A DNA stretch of 64,000 nt from Ostrea edulis (GCF_947568905.1 NC_079168.1:35898001-35962000), one strand, 5' to 3'; positions 24,850-38,036 are shown, counted from the stretch's first letter. Notes: generated by a model from the letters alone, not told the origin. Translations and numbers: made by a program.

Positions 24850-25850
24850 AATACACAACTAGCTTGCAATTTTCCTCGCCTCGATTGACGAACACTAGCG
24901 TCTGCAAAGCTCTTGTACAAAAAATGACAGATTGTAATGTCCCTGATAATCTCCAGGTGTATGTGACCGGACACAAAAATACACATTCCTTGAACAATTA
25001 CTGCACACTCAACAACAGTCACAAATTCCTCATACACCTATGTCATCCGGTGCATTATGCCAGTTCACAGAAACCCAGCCCACACGGTCTATTACTTCTA
25101 GGCCTACCTCCACATTCACTCTGTCAACGTCTACTGTCCGTGTCTCGGGTGAAATAAGTGCCTTCAATGTCCATGAGACTCGAGTCCTTGCACGCGTGAA
25201 AAACGAAAGTCTAGCCATGCCCATATTCACCAACAAAAACCACTTGGAATTTCTCTTCACACACTCCTCATTAAATAACTGCTCAATTAATATCAATATC
25301 AATGCTCCTCTAAGAAAAAACACGTGCAGTTGTGGATTCATATTCTGATTAGGTCTGTCAAAATGTTTCGCGCTGATGGACTGTCGAGATACGTCACGCA
25401 TCACCCTGATTATTGATTTATTCAAAGAGGAATAACTCTAATACAATTCACTTATACACTCGTCGGCCGATTTTTTGTCGGCAACGTAGTTGCCAAAATG
25501 AAGGTCGTAAATTCGATTCTGGTGTTATTTTTAATGTACAGCGAAAAATTAATTAATTGGAAAATTCTCAAAATGGCTTCGCTAGGCACAAGGAAAACGG
25601 AAAACTCTAGAAATATGAGAGAAAAATACTCTCTTATGAGTTGCCATGAAATATTAAAGTGATTCCACCCTCGGGCTTGCAAAAAAGCGGTAAAACCCTC
25701 GGCAAAGCCTCGGGTTTCACAGCTTTTTTGCAACCCTCGGGTGGAATCACCTTATATTTCATGGCTACTCATAAGAGAGTCTTATATTCTTATTTCTTTC
25801 TTTTTTCATGTATATTACCTGATCACAAGAACAATAATGAACAATATCTC
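24850..25850 (+). mobile_element. Crypton-like tyrosine recombinase remnant (C-terminal part) with a terminal palindrome at 25608-25797
   Basis: LTNTSVCKALVQKM...VTGHKNTHSLNNY resembles the Crypton/DUF3504 'TNHS.RKT...TGHKN..SL..Y' end; low-complexity tail ending NNCSININ; about 90-bp inverted arms. Confidence 0.6.
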
Positions 25851-26176
25851 TAAAATCTTGTATGGATCCTCAGTATGGTTGATTTGGTAGAATTGGAAAG
25901 TTAAACGAATTTTGATTGGAAAATGAACTAGTTCGATTTTAATTCTACCAAATCAATTACATACTGTGGTTTCACATGCCCTCACCGTCCACCCTTTTTG
26001 GGGCTGGAAAATTGAAATATTTTCTTTACATTGTTCATTATTGTTGCTTTAAAAGCTGAATCACGTGATGACCTACGTCACATCTCATGTGATACCTCAG
26101 TATGTAATTGATTTGGTAGAATTATAATCAAACTCAATTTGCCATGTAAAATTTGTTTAATTTTCTAAATACACAA

Positions 26177-26520
26177 CCGCAGCGGTGGTCTAGAGGTTAG
26201 AGCGTTTGCAACGCAAGCGGAAGATCGGGGTTCGAATCCTGGTCGCGACAGACCTAAGTTGTTAAAACAGGTAGTGACAGTTCCATCGCCAAACGCTCGG
26301 CATCAGGTGTGAATATCACGGGCCCTGGGAGATGACCTTAAAAACGGATGTCCCGTACAGTAGATGTGGCACGCTAAAGAACCCCCACTGCTCAATGGTC
26401 GTAAGCGCTGAGCAAAGGCCTAAATTTGAAGCCCTTCAACAGTCTTGGTGACGTCTTCATATGAGTGAAAAATTCTCGAATGAGACGTTAAGCAAAATAC
26501 AGTCAATCAATCAATAAATA
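26177..26520 (+). mobile_element. tRNA-derived SINE (family B)
   Basis: accgcagcggtggtctagaggttagagcg...gttcgaatcc head, shared body and (caat)n tail. Confidence 0.85.
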
Positions 26521-29175
26521 AATCCAAATACACATTGCCTCTTCTCATCAAGCGCAATTATCGAAAACGCAATGCACTATATGAATGACAAACAGAACAA
26601 ATGCTATAATGTATACATTGGCCTGATTTCTTGGACATTGTCAAGTAGTGTATAACCTAATTTCGGTAAAATGTAAGCTTTAAGGCGCAAACTTCCCAGA
26701 ACAGAACAGACTTTCAAGATCTGTGTCAAAACATGTTCAACCAAATTTTTAAAAAAAAAAAATGTGTTTATTCGTGTGTATGTACATATCAGTAACTGTT
26801 AATGATTTGTTACAAAAAGTCGTAACAGTGACTCCTATATCCACGGGAAAAATGAAGAACATTGAAAATATATGAATATCGTATTTTAAAATTCATCGAT
26901 GTGTCAGATCGTTGGTCTTGGGAGGGGGTGATATGTCCTTCGTTGAATGAGAGATATATAAGTAAAATAAATATATAAATCTTCACAAAATGATAAATAT
27001 GGGCCTAGTAAAAACTATTATAAGTACAATTAACACTGAAAATCTACACAATTTTATTCTGATCATATTGTAAACCAATCGCATCTTCTCGGCTTGCCGG
27101 ATAGGCCTGAGAATATGCGATTGCTATGAAGTTACCTCGCTTCGTTCTGGTATTTTCCATAAGGCTGATTCCAGACTAAAATCACGGATTGAAGAAACGA
27201 ACAGGCATATTTTATTTATTCAACAATCATCAAAACTTATTTTTTCTATAAGATCAAAATCAAGCATCGATAAATAACGAATTAACTTCATATCGTATTA
27301 CTATGAGATTGATCACTGTTCGTTATGTTCACCTTTCATTAAAAAAAAAAAAAAAAAAGAAAACTGGTTTAGATCCGCCAGTTTACTTCATTTTTGCTAA
27401 TTCAGGGTAGTATATCGAAAACGAAATTAGGTTTTTAATTAATTTCTAACACTGAAAATCTACACCATTTTATGCTGATCATATCGTAAACCAATCGCAT
27501 TTTCTTTAATTAATTTTACGATATTTACTAATCAAACAAGATTACATTATAGCTTACGAACTTCACCTCATATATGAAGCAATATTAAAGGTGCAAGCAG
27601 TAACTCTGGAGCAAGCGTTTTGGAGTGTATTGGCATTGGTTGTTAATTCATAAGTATAGATTCTTACCATTTCCAAATGCGTTTCGCGCAATATCAACTA
27701 TGGAGTTACCTTTCAATGGTAAAGTTACTCTGGCGTCATTCCATACACAAGTAATGACAAAGGGAATCTTCATCTGCCAGAATGAGCTATGGAGAAGGAC
27801 TGACTGCAGGGAAAACAGAAAGAGAATCACAGGCCTAATCGGTGACCTGTTATAAGTATCACTAGCTTCAAGGGATATAGGAATATAGGAAACAACACAG
27901 GCACCTGAAATATGGATATTACTACCCACCCCCCCCTTGATAATTTTTTTGTAGTAATAATTTCTCTGAAATGTGTGAATTCCCTGTCTATCTCACCCCT
28001 CTTTTGATTTATATAATCGTTTCACGCTTTTTGTAAGCTTTAAAGATTGGCCTTCTGTCGGTATAATAAAATACACAAGGTATGAAACAAAAAATTGTAA
28101 ACAGGGGTGTCCGTTTCGGGGCACATTTTCCAAGTAATTACAGCGTTACCTAAGGAATTATGGCAAGCGGCAGGTCAGGGAGATGGCATACTACAAGTCT
28201 CTTTAACTAAAAACCCATCTCATATCCTTTATTTGTCACAATATTGCGTGCATTGATCGGACAGGGCTTCTTCTCTTCCACTGGCAGCCAAAAAGGAGGT
28301 CACAGAGTACGCATTTGCTGTACGCACCGTGTGATTGGTCCGCGAATAATCCCAAGACCATTCGGATGATCCTAAGACTAAACAATGTCTTTGCGAACCA
28401 ATCACACAACTCCATCAAAAGACTGAAGGACAGAAGGACGGACAAGGGTAAAACTATGTATATAGACATAAGAAATGGCATTCGCTGTAAACATCTGCAA
28501 CTGATATATCATCCTAACAGGTTTAATTTTAATCCCTTTTGGACTTTCTGAGAACACTCCCGAAAAAAAGTGCTGGAGAAAAATAAGAAGAATCAGAGTA
28601 AAGCAATATGATCCCAAGCTTATTTTAAGGAGTATAATGATGAAGGGAAAAACAGAGTAAAAGCGATGTGTTGACAAACTTGGTTTGCGGAACATAGAAA
28701 TAGTAATTGTGATTCAGCAAACATAAAATGTCTTTATAGACAGGGCGAGTTGTCCTGAACAAGGGACCAGTTTTATTTAGGGTCGTTTATCGTAAGTAGA
28801 TGGCGAGTTATCTTAGATTGCAAATTGTCCAACATTCGCTGCTCACAGACTTAGGCTTCGGGCAACAGAAAAACCTGAGCATTTGTTGTCAGAGGACACA
28901 GTCACTATTTTTTTATTATTACTCTACGGAGATGAAAATATATTTGCATGACACATTTCCTTCAAAGCAATACTTATTTTGATTTTCCAAAATATTACAA
29001 ATTAATGCAGAGGATGTGCATCATAATGTCTGTCGTCGTTAACAATGTAACCCCTTCCTTGCGTTCACAGTACTTATAGATCACATGGTAGTATATATAG
29101 GTTTATCGATGTTTGTCAATTAAAGACTTTTGTTCGCTCTTAGCGACACATATACGTTAAAAAGTTGAAGCAGTC

Positions 29176-32100
29176 ATGGTGTTTTGTAAAGTGTTAGGAT
29201 TATGGTCGCTGTTTTACTTTGTGGTAGGTGTGAATTCGTAAATATAAATAGAATTTCCTTCATTGAAACTTACCGAATTATTCTGTAAAATGATGTATCT
29301 TTTCTCTTTTTATAGTCCAGTAATAGCATAAGTAATGAAGGTAAGCTAAATATTCACTACATTGAATTAAATCCATGTGAAAATCAATTAAAGATTACAT
29401 TCGAATGAAAAATATAACATATTTATGATTGCAAACTTGGTATTGGAATCTGAAAACGCCTTTCATTTCTATTATTCAGTCTTAGAGAATGGAAAAGCCC
29501 CATGTAAGGGTATCGACCTTGTGTTCCTTCTGGACACATCTAGAAGTATCTGGGGACCGGACTTCAGAAAGCAATTGAAATTCGTAGAGAATATGGTCGA
29601 TGAATTCAAAATAGGACCAGACAAACATGATACTCGAGTGGGTGTGGTAACATTCGCCCAGACGTTCTGGACACAATTCTATCTGCGGTCCTACCTCGAC
29701 AAGCGAAGAGTAAAAACTGCAATTCGATACATCAGACACAAAAATGGGTACCGAACAAACACCGCCTCAGCACTAAAATTCCTGCACAGCTATATGTTTC
29801 ATAAACGATACGGAGGAAGACCGCATGCAAACCATGTTGCAATCATCATTACGGATGGGAGGTCTCAGAAAAGGGAAGCTACCCTAGAAGCTGCTCGAAT
29901 TGCCAGAGAAAAGGGCATCCAAATATTTGCCATTGGAGTGGGGCGTTTTCTTGACATTGAGGAGTTGGAGGGTATGGGGAGTGAACCAACTGGGCAGCAT
30001 GTCTTCACGGTGTCATCCTATTCAGCACTGGGTGGAATTAAAGACAGATTGCCATCTAATGCATGTGAAGGTAGATCTTAAACGCTTTCGAATTATTGCT
30101 TCTTTATTTCCATTTTATCTGTATAATAATTCATGATTTATCATGTATATCGTTTTACAATTAATATTTATTCAAAAAATTAAATTTAGATATGAAAAAA
30201 TCTTCAAATTGAAAAATTTGTCACTCAAAAGTTTCGTTTATGTCATACTATTCCTCTTGGGTAAAATGATACCCCCAACCTGTTCATACATAGAAGCCGC
30301 TTCTACTACGATCAAAACGTGGTCAAACAATTGTCAAATCGCGAGCAAAAATATGGTGAAAACTTTATCAGCGCAATATGGTCGGGTTAGGGTCTTCAAG
30401 ATCTGGAAGTTCTACGCTCTCGCCACACGTATTTTGAACATGTTCGAAAGAAGCATAGCGGATTCGTGGCCAAGAAGAGGAGGAGGTAAAGTCGTATTAA
30501 ATTCGGAGTAGACAGGCCATATTCGTACAAGCAGCATGGAAGCATCGCGGTGAGATCTTTTAGTTTAAATAAAAGCGGATCACATTCGGAAACTTAGTCG
30601 GGGCATTATAGTCACGCTTCTACCACACTCCCGTTACAATCACCCTACGATCCTTCAAGAAGCATACTACAAGCGTGATATGATCGGCAACAACGTACCT
30701 ACATCGTCCTACAGTTTTCCAGTTAATGTGTAACATCATAATATTATCTTGTATGTCGTTTCGGCAACACAGTGATATCGTTTAATCGACGTTGAAGCAT
30801 CGTGTTAAAGTCATAATGAAGACCTAATTTGCAGAATTTGTTTAGCTTTAATGCCAAGTCGGTCCAGATCCAATATTTTTCTAGTTCGTATGATCGGAGT
30901 AATCGGCATGGTCTTTGAAAGGTCGTAGCGCTGTGTAATTGGGGATTAATTGTTTCATCTATTAAAGAGAAAAAATAATTATAAGCGAAATCCTTTAAGA
31001 TTAATATTGCCAAGAATTTCAATGTAAGAATGTGTTGGTGTCAATTGAATCAGAATACTTTTATTGTTATTTCCTTAAAAGTGACGACTACACCTCCCAC
31101 TACTACTACTACTACAACAACGACAACAACAACGACAACACCGGTGCCACTCCCATTAAAAACTAGCGTAGCCATTGACGTCTTGGGGCCTGACGACTTC
31201 TACAAGAAGCACTATTACCAGTACCACGACCAGGCGGGCCGCACTAATTATCACAACCTCCTCAGTGACAAGCCATCAGACTGTGAGTTCCTCTCTTATG
31301 TTTAATTAATGCTCTTGTTGCTTCCACCCACATACCACGTGTCGCAATGGGCACCAATTTACAACACAAGTGTGCGGCGACTATTTCTGGCTTATATGGA
31401 TAAAATGGGGGTGATCTGATACATCTATCCTAGAATATATTTAGTTTTTAAATGTAATACTATTCTGCAAAGATAAGAGGGAGTAGGAAACTGATAATTT
31501 CAATATTTAGAAGAATATTCGCTAATAAAGATAAGGTTGTACAATCGTCAAGTGCTTCTGAAGGGTTTTCCTTGAAAAAATATGAAAACCGATGATAACA
31601 TAAGGAAGTGTTAGTCTGACAGCAGATAAGTGTTTTGTTTACGGAAAGAAATGGGAACACCTTAGGAAATATACAGTATGTAACAAAGACAGTAAATATC
31701 TTGTTTGCACCATCCAACTAACTCGTTGTTTTAATATTGGGTAAATACATAATACAATATACTATATAATCCTAGAGATGAATCTATAATCGCACCATTT
31801 TAGTTCATTTTGAGAAAAGAAGAGATGGTGATAAAATATCCTACTTTTCTGCTCAACTGATACATGCGTGATATAGAAACATGTTCATATAAAGTGACTG
31901 GCAATTTTAACAAAGAAACAGGGTTTCCAATATAAAACCACAATAAAGCTTGCATTAAATATCAGAGAGATAAGTAATGCATAAAATGCTCAAAGATATC
32001 AGAGAGATAAGTAATGCATAAAATGCTCAAAGATATCAGAGAGATAAGTAATGCATAAAATGCTCAAAGATATCAGAGAGATAAGTAATGCATAAAATGT

Positions 32101-33969
32101 TCAAAGATATCAGAGAGATAAGTAATGCATAAAATGCTCAAAGATATTGCATCCCAATGTGCTGCGTCGGTTAGCTGTGCACTTTTAATTAAAGGTGTTA
32201 CCAAAGCAATTTCAAAATGAATATTATTAAGAAAGCATCCTCCTTCATGTATATGATGACAATTACGTTGTAAGATCGAAATTTATTCCGATGTTCCCTT
32301 TACATTAGATTGTGGAGAAAAGGAGGCGGACATCTATTTTGTGTTAGATGCATCTAGCAGTATTTGGCAAGTGGATTTCGCCAAAGAACTAAGCTTTGTC
32401 AATGGGATGATAGACGATTTAAAGATTGATAACATTAATGGCAGAATTAGAACCGGTGTAGTGGTATTCAGTAATGCAACAAGAAATATTATCGCTTTGA
32501 ATTCCAAGCGCACGCAAGCTGAACTCAAGCGGCAGATTGAAGGTATTAAGTATCTAAAAGGATTGACCAACACATCTGAAGCCATCAGGTTCGTCCGTCA
32601 ATACGGCTTTCGAGATGGAGTCTCGCGTCCTGGTGCTATTAAGATTGCCATTGTCATGACTGACGGTATTTCAAAATTACCTCAAGAAACCATGAAACAG
32701 TCGGAACTAGCAAGAAAAGAAAATATTACAATTTTTGCTATTGGTATTGGAAACAAAGTTGACAAAACGGAATTGAAGAGAATTGCAAACGACCCCAACA
32801 GTAAACACGTTTTCCACGTCAGTGATTTCAACGGGCTTCATGCAATCAAAAAATTACTAGTACTATCTACGTGTGCTGTCATCCCAGATGTTCCACAAAA
32901 TCTTCAGAGTAAGTACTAATTGTTAGACATTGGCTACCCTAAGTTTCTCTGAGTATTTGACCTGGTTTCAGAACTATACTTTTATCATGAAGAAGTCACT
33001 TAAACTGTAGACATAATTCTTAAGAGGATAACAGTTTTGTATTGTGAATGGGTTAAGTTTAAATTCTTAATACTGAAAACAGAGCAAAAGAAAGTTCAAT
33101 TCGCCACTTTATAGAAGCAATTATACAAAATGCATTTGAATAATTGATTGCTGAATTATCGAGTTCGGACATTAGTTTTGTTTCTTAATGTTTAACCTTG
33201 AAAACGCACGTACTTCTAAAGTTACAAGTACTCTCCTTCTACAACGGAAGAAAAATATTAATGATATAATATCTACTTGTAAGAAAACACAATTAGGTCT
33301 TATTTAGATCCTTCCTTATTTATGTAGGTCATATTGAACTGCGTCAGCTTGAAGTATGTTTAAACATTTTGTTTCAATTAAAAATAATTTCAAAACCTTG
33401 TCTTTTTTATCTTAGCATGTAGCGGAGACAAAGAAACAGATGTCTTGTTTGCGTACGATGCTTCGAGCCTTGGCTTCAGAAAGAGTGAGGTAATTGGCCG
33501 ATTTATTCATACTCTTGTGTCTAGCCTCGACCTGTCTAGCGGTAAAGTGAATGTTGGTCGAATCACTGATAACTGCCCGAGGTACAGCAACGTTCCATTA
33601 GGACGTGATACAAAACTGTTCACCGAATTAAAGTTTCCTGGTATTGGGCAGTTGCTGCAATCCATGAAGCGTAGTTTTCCGACCACTGTAAACGTGAAGA
33701 GAGTCGGTGTGCTAGTTGTTGACGAGAGCACTACCGGGGAAAGGGAAGCGATAGAGTTTATGAAGAGAAATAACATTTTTGATCTGATGGTCATTGCAAT
33801 CGGCGACCGTTATAATACAGGATTTGCAGCTGATTTAGCATCCGATCCCGACTTCAATTATTTGGTGCGTGTTCCGAAGTACTCCGATCTGAGTACTGCT
33901 TTCAGTAAAGTTCTTGATAAACTTTGTACCATCATCAAGAGGTCGTTTATCCTGAGTTTGGACCATTAA
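29176..33969 (+). CDS. Secreted triple-VWA (matrilin/collagen VI-XII-like VWA) protein with a Thr-rich linker, about 672 aa. Exons 29176-29223, 29316-29340, 29480-30070, 31082-31282, 32309-32908, 33416-33969
   Basis: All introns GT-AG and phase-consistent (sum 2019 nt). Hydrophobic N-terminus; MIDAS DTSRS and DASSS with ITDG/MTDG in VWA1 and VWA2; third VWA degenerate (DASSLG). Confidence 0.9.
31959..32147. repeat. 37-bp minisatellite, about 5 copies, intronic
   Basis: atatcagagagataagtaatgcataaaatgctcaaag repeated almost perfectly. Confidence 0.95.
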
Positions 33970-35309
33970 AATCTTTATGATGTAAAACAGTTCCGATGTG
34001 AATATTGTTATCTTAATTTTAAATTTGTCATTCGTCGTTTTTGTTTAATCATTTGTCTAAGCGGCTTTAGTTCCGCGAGGGAATTTTCACTGTCCTCATG
34101 ATTACAAGACAAATATTGCTCGTGTGATTAAAATTCACTATAGTTCAATACTGAATACAGCATGTAGCGATTGGTTAAAAAATATATTTTGAGCTCCAAC
34201 GCACAGTATCCACTGTGAAAGTAATATGGGCTGTATCATTCTCCTAAAAACCATACAATAGAATAGAAATGGGGACACAAACATAACACAAAGAAAAATT
34301 GAGCTAATTGAATCATTAGACAGATAATCAAACAGGAAGAATTAATTGTTTGACATGATTCTTTGTGAATACCACTGCAATTGTACAGAAACCCCAAAAA
34401 GATGTATCCATCACCGTATTTTCTCTGATAATGGTTTAATCACAACATGAATTAAAACGTCACGATCTTACAACAAGTGTGTTATTGCAGGGATATGGAA
34501 GGGTCATATGGTTATTTTCATAAGCTGTTGTATAATATTTTCCTATTCATTATTTTATTGTAGAATTCAAGTTTAATCTTAGAACTTTGTGTAAATTTTG
34601 TGGTTTCCTCTGCACACGGTTTAGGTTAAGGAACCATCTTTGAATCAATAAATTAGTAAATATTTTAAAATGATATTTTCAAGAACTTGATAGACATTTA
34701 ATGTATTATGTATTATTATGATATCTTGAGGTCATGTTGTAAGTTTGTTATAAAATTAAATCCAGGTATTTAACTGCATTCGCAAGTAGTGTCTTCATCA
34801 GCATGGGAACCAATCTTCACTCGAATACGAATAATCATGATAATTTAGTTGTATCCTAATAAGAAGCCAGTTATGCTGTTGATGAACATTAGTAACATTT
34901 CTGTACAAGTATTCCATTTTCTGACATACATTGTAAAATATTCATGCTCGTTATAATTCGTTTTCTTGAATTGTTTTATATTTCTTTTCTCTATTTTGAC
35001 ATGAGATTTTCCAATCCTTTTTAATTTTTCACTTATATATTCAGAGAAAAAACTACATGTATTTGAATATTGTATACCTTTGCGTTACGGAACTCCTGGC
35101 ATGAAACTAAATTTTCCATTTTCTTTCCCTTGTCATATTAAAGTAAGCAAGGAAAGCGATACCTTTCGACTGTAAATTTTATTAATTGCTTAATAAATTA
35201 GAGAAAAATACACACATGCTACATGTAGATATATATTTTACTCAGAAATAAAGTATATGTTTTTCTTTTGTGTTCTGTTTTTGGGAGGAAGGAGGTTATT
35301 GCCTCATCC

Positions 35310-38036
35310 TTATTTCTGCTTGTTTTGACACAACTCCGTCAGAAAGTAATCATAAAGTCCTGCTATACTATTGAAGTTAATCATAGAAAGAATCTTCACA
35401 GTAGGCGAGGAAATAGACAGGAAGATTTCTTTCCTGTGACTGTCTCCTACGTAAACAACGTAAATTTTGTCAACCATGGTCTCCAGTCCAATGATATCCA
35501 GTTCATCTTCCTTTTCCAGGTGTTCGTTCACCACAAAAACGACAACATGAACTGTGTTGCTTCTAGCACCATTCTTTGTTGACATTCCGTGTGTTTTCAC
35601 TTTTTTAATGATGGACGTCATTTTATCAAATGACACATTTAACTTGGTGTTCGGGTTTTGTATAGGAATGTCGCCGCCGTATACGCACGATTCAGAGATG
35701 ATACCGAGGTGTATATCTGCTTCGTTTTGAAATCGTAAATTCCCAAATTTCCGAAGTGTATTCAAAATAAGTTGAATGTTCTGATCACCTATTGAGGCGG
35801 CATTGAAAGCAAACAAAATGTCAACGGGTTTCGCCATGGTACAAAGGGCTAGAAATGGAATATTGAAATTTCAAACTAGATCAGTAAAACTTAAGATGTG
35901 ATTATACTGGAATATCAAACAATTTAGACAAGTAAATAGAACTGGATTTCATTTGCTACATAAACAAGAAAAATTGTACTTACAATAATTTCCAATTTGT
36001 TGTCTAGCAATTAAGCATGTTCTCGTGGCAAGGAGATTGTCAATAGATTGTAAAGCGTCAAAGGTGGACACGCTGAAAACAAAACTAAGATCTTTATACG
36101 AAGGGTTAGCCATAGACAATAATTCGTTCTTGTCTACATAGGGCCCAACGCCTATGACAAATATATAGACTCCAGATTCTTTAAGAATGTTTGCTTGCTT
36201 GATAGTCTCTAAAGGATCCCGTGATAGACCATCTGTAATAAGTATCAAAATATGGGCAATGTTGGGTCTAGCAACTTCAAAGCCATATTTTCGTACGTTC
36301 CAAAAGGCATTTCCAGTGTCTGTTCCGCCTCGCAAATATGGAACATTGTCGATAGCTTTGAAAATACTTTCCTTGGTAGTAAAATCATTGAGGTGGAAGA
36401 CGAACTGAAATTCATCACTGAATGTAGATACACCCACTGCTGTCTTTCCGGGGCTGATATCAAATGCGCTGATTATCGTTTTCACGAAGCTCAGTTGTTT
36501 CTTAAAATCATTAGGATGTATGCTGCTCGAAGAATCTAGTAGAAAGAGAACGTCAGCTGGTTCCCCTCCACATCCTGAATTACAGAAAACGTGATTGTAT
36601 TGATAATAAATCAATAGTTTAAAGATATACCTTACCAAAAAAATGCAAACAGTTTTCACTTACTTTCGACAATCCCTGTTTTATTACGTGGGATATCTTT
36701 CTGTTCAGTCTTCTCTGTTATTGTATTGTTAATTTCTATAGAAAAAGAGTTTAAAGAGATATCGACAGAACAAAGGGTGTATATACAGTAATACTACATA
36801 TACATGTATGTAACGTGAAATGAAGTCCTATGCATGTATGATACACACCTACGCAGGTCTTATTAATCAAGATATCTGCTATACTTCTCAAATCTGCATA
36901 GCTGGACACTTGGTAGATATGATCCGTGTTTCCTGCAATCAGACGCAGCTCTTTTGCATTTACATTGGGTCCAATGCCGATCGCAAAGATGACGATTCCC
37001 AACTTTCTCGCTTGCAGGGCTGCTGCTTTTGTTTCATTCTCCGAGAAGCTCTCTCCATCAGTAATAACAACAATTACGTCGTCTGCCTCTTTCCTGGCAC
37101 CATTCTCTTCTGTGAAAATCTTGTCAACAGCTAAATTGATGGCAGCTGTAGTGTTCGTACCACCAGACAGATAATTTATTCTTCTTATGGCGGAGACAAC
37201 GTCCTTTTTCTCGGTGTAATCATTCAGAGTGAATTCCAGTTTCGGTTCATCGCTGTAAGAAATTACCCCAACCCTGGACTGGTTAAGCAAAGTACCAACT
37301 TCCAATTCATCGGTGAGGTTCTCCAAGAATTCCAATTGTCTTACAAAGTCATTTGGAAAGATACTGGATGAGGAATCGATAACAAAAGCCAGATCCACGG
37401 GACGGTCTGTACATTTCAAATCTACAAAAACTTACTACATTAGTTACTAGTCAGAGCGCTCTCTTTACGACCACTACCCCCAGGTTTCATTCTCGACCCC
37501 GGTACATGTACCGCTTCAAACGTACGATATGTATCATTGCATCGCCGAGCGTCCGATGTTAGACGCGAAAGCAACGGGTTTTGCGATTATAGCCTTAAAT
37601 AACGGAGGTCATGTGTCATAGTAGACGTTGACATGATGAAGAACACCACCTGCTACAGCAGTAAACACAAAGCATTGTGGAACTTCACTCAAACCTGGTG
37701 ACGTCTTTGTATGAGTGAAAAATTCTCGAATAGAACGTAAAACTTCATACAAACAAAACAAAAACAACAACAAAAAACCCCACATACATGTATAATTATT
37801 GTGCATGAAGCATTTACTTTCAAATAGAATATTGTACGAGTACTTAAAATAACCAGGTCAACTACTTACTTTTAGAGCCTGTTGAAACCTGTGGAACATA
37901 TACAATATGTTTACTTTAGATTAATGATTAAATAGACATAATTACATCAATATTTAAATGTCAAGTAAAGTAATGTTTAATCTCAAATATATGTACTTGC
38001 CAAAATCAAAGTCCAAAAAACTATCAAACTCCACAT
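35310..38036 (-). CDS. Second secreted triple-VWA paralog, about 585 aa. Exons 38036-38001, 37888-37870, 37421-36849, 36574-35984, 35848-35310
   Basis: Phase-consistent (sum 1758 nt). Signal-like MWSLIVFWTLILVSTG if intron 1 uses a GC donor; MIDAS DSSSS in VWA1 and VWA2; third VWA degenerate (NAASIG). Confidence 0.85.
37445..37770 (+). mobile_element. Diverged SINE in intron 2 of the second VWA gene
   Basis: ggtgacgtc...atgagtgaaaaattctcga...cgtaaaac body and tail as in family A/B. Confidence 0.65.

Larger units (their letters stand above)
20550..26155 (+). mobile_element. Decayed DIRS-type tyrosine-recombinase retroelement (RT fragment, split YR, ICR/terminal repeats) hosting nested insertions
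   Basis: RT-like HFKMDTFKSALKLVSQNCWFASADLK (20814-21010). YR N-terminus GLGYSAINTTKSAVSS and LLLLLTGQRGQT (to about 21660). YR C-terminus SRDTISRWVK...HSTRAAA...AGWTNS..FLKYY (24283-24693). Complementary repeats at 25867-25970 and 26095-26123. Confidence 0.8.

Noticed and set aside
27031-27505. About 60-bp direct repeats (27031-27090, 27447-27505) as LTRs
   Set aside because: Too short, no TG...CA ends, primer site or TSD; more likely a local duplication.
30143-31022. ORFs 30143..30511 and 30744..31022 inside VWA intron 3
   Set aside because: No recognisable domain or splice support; likely chance ORFs in repeat-derived DNA.
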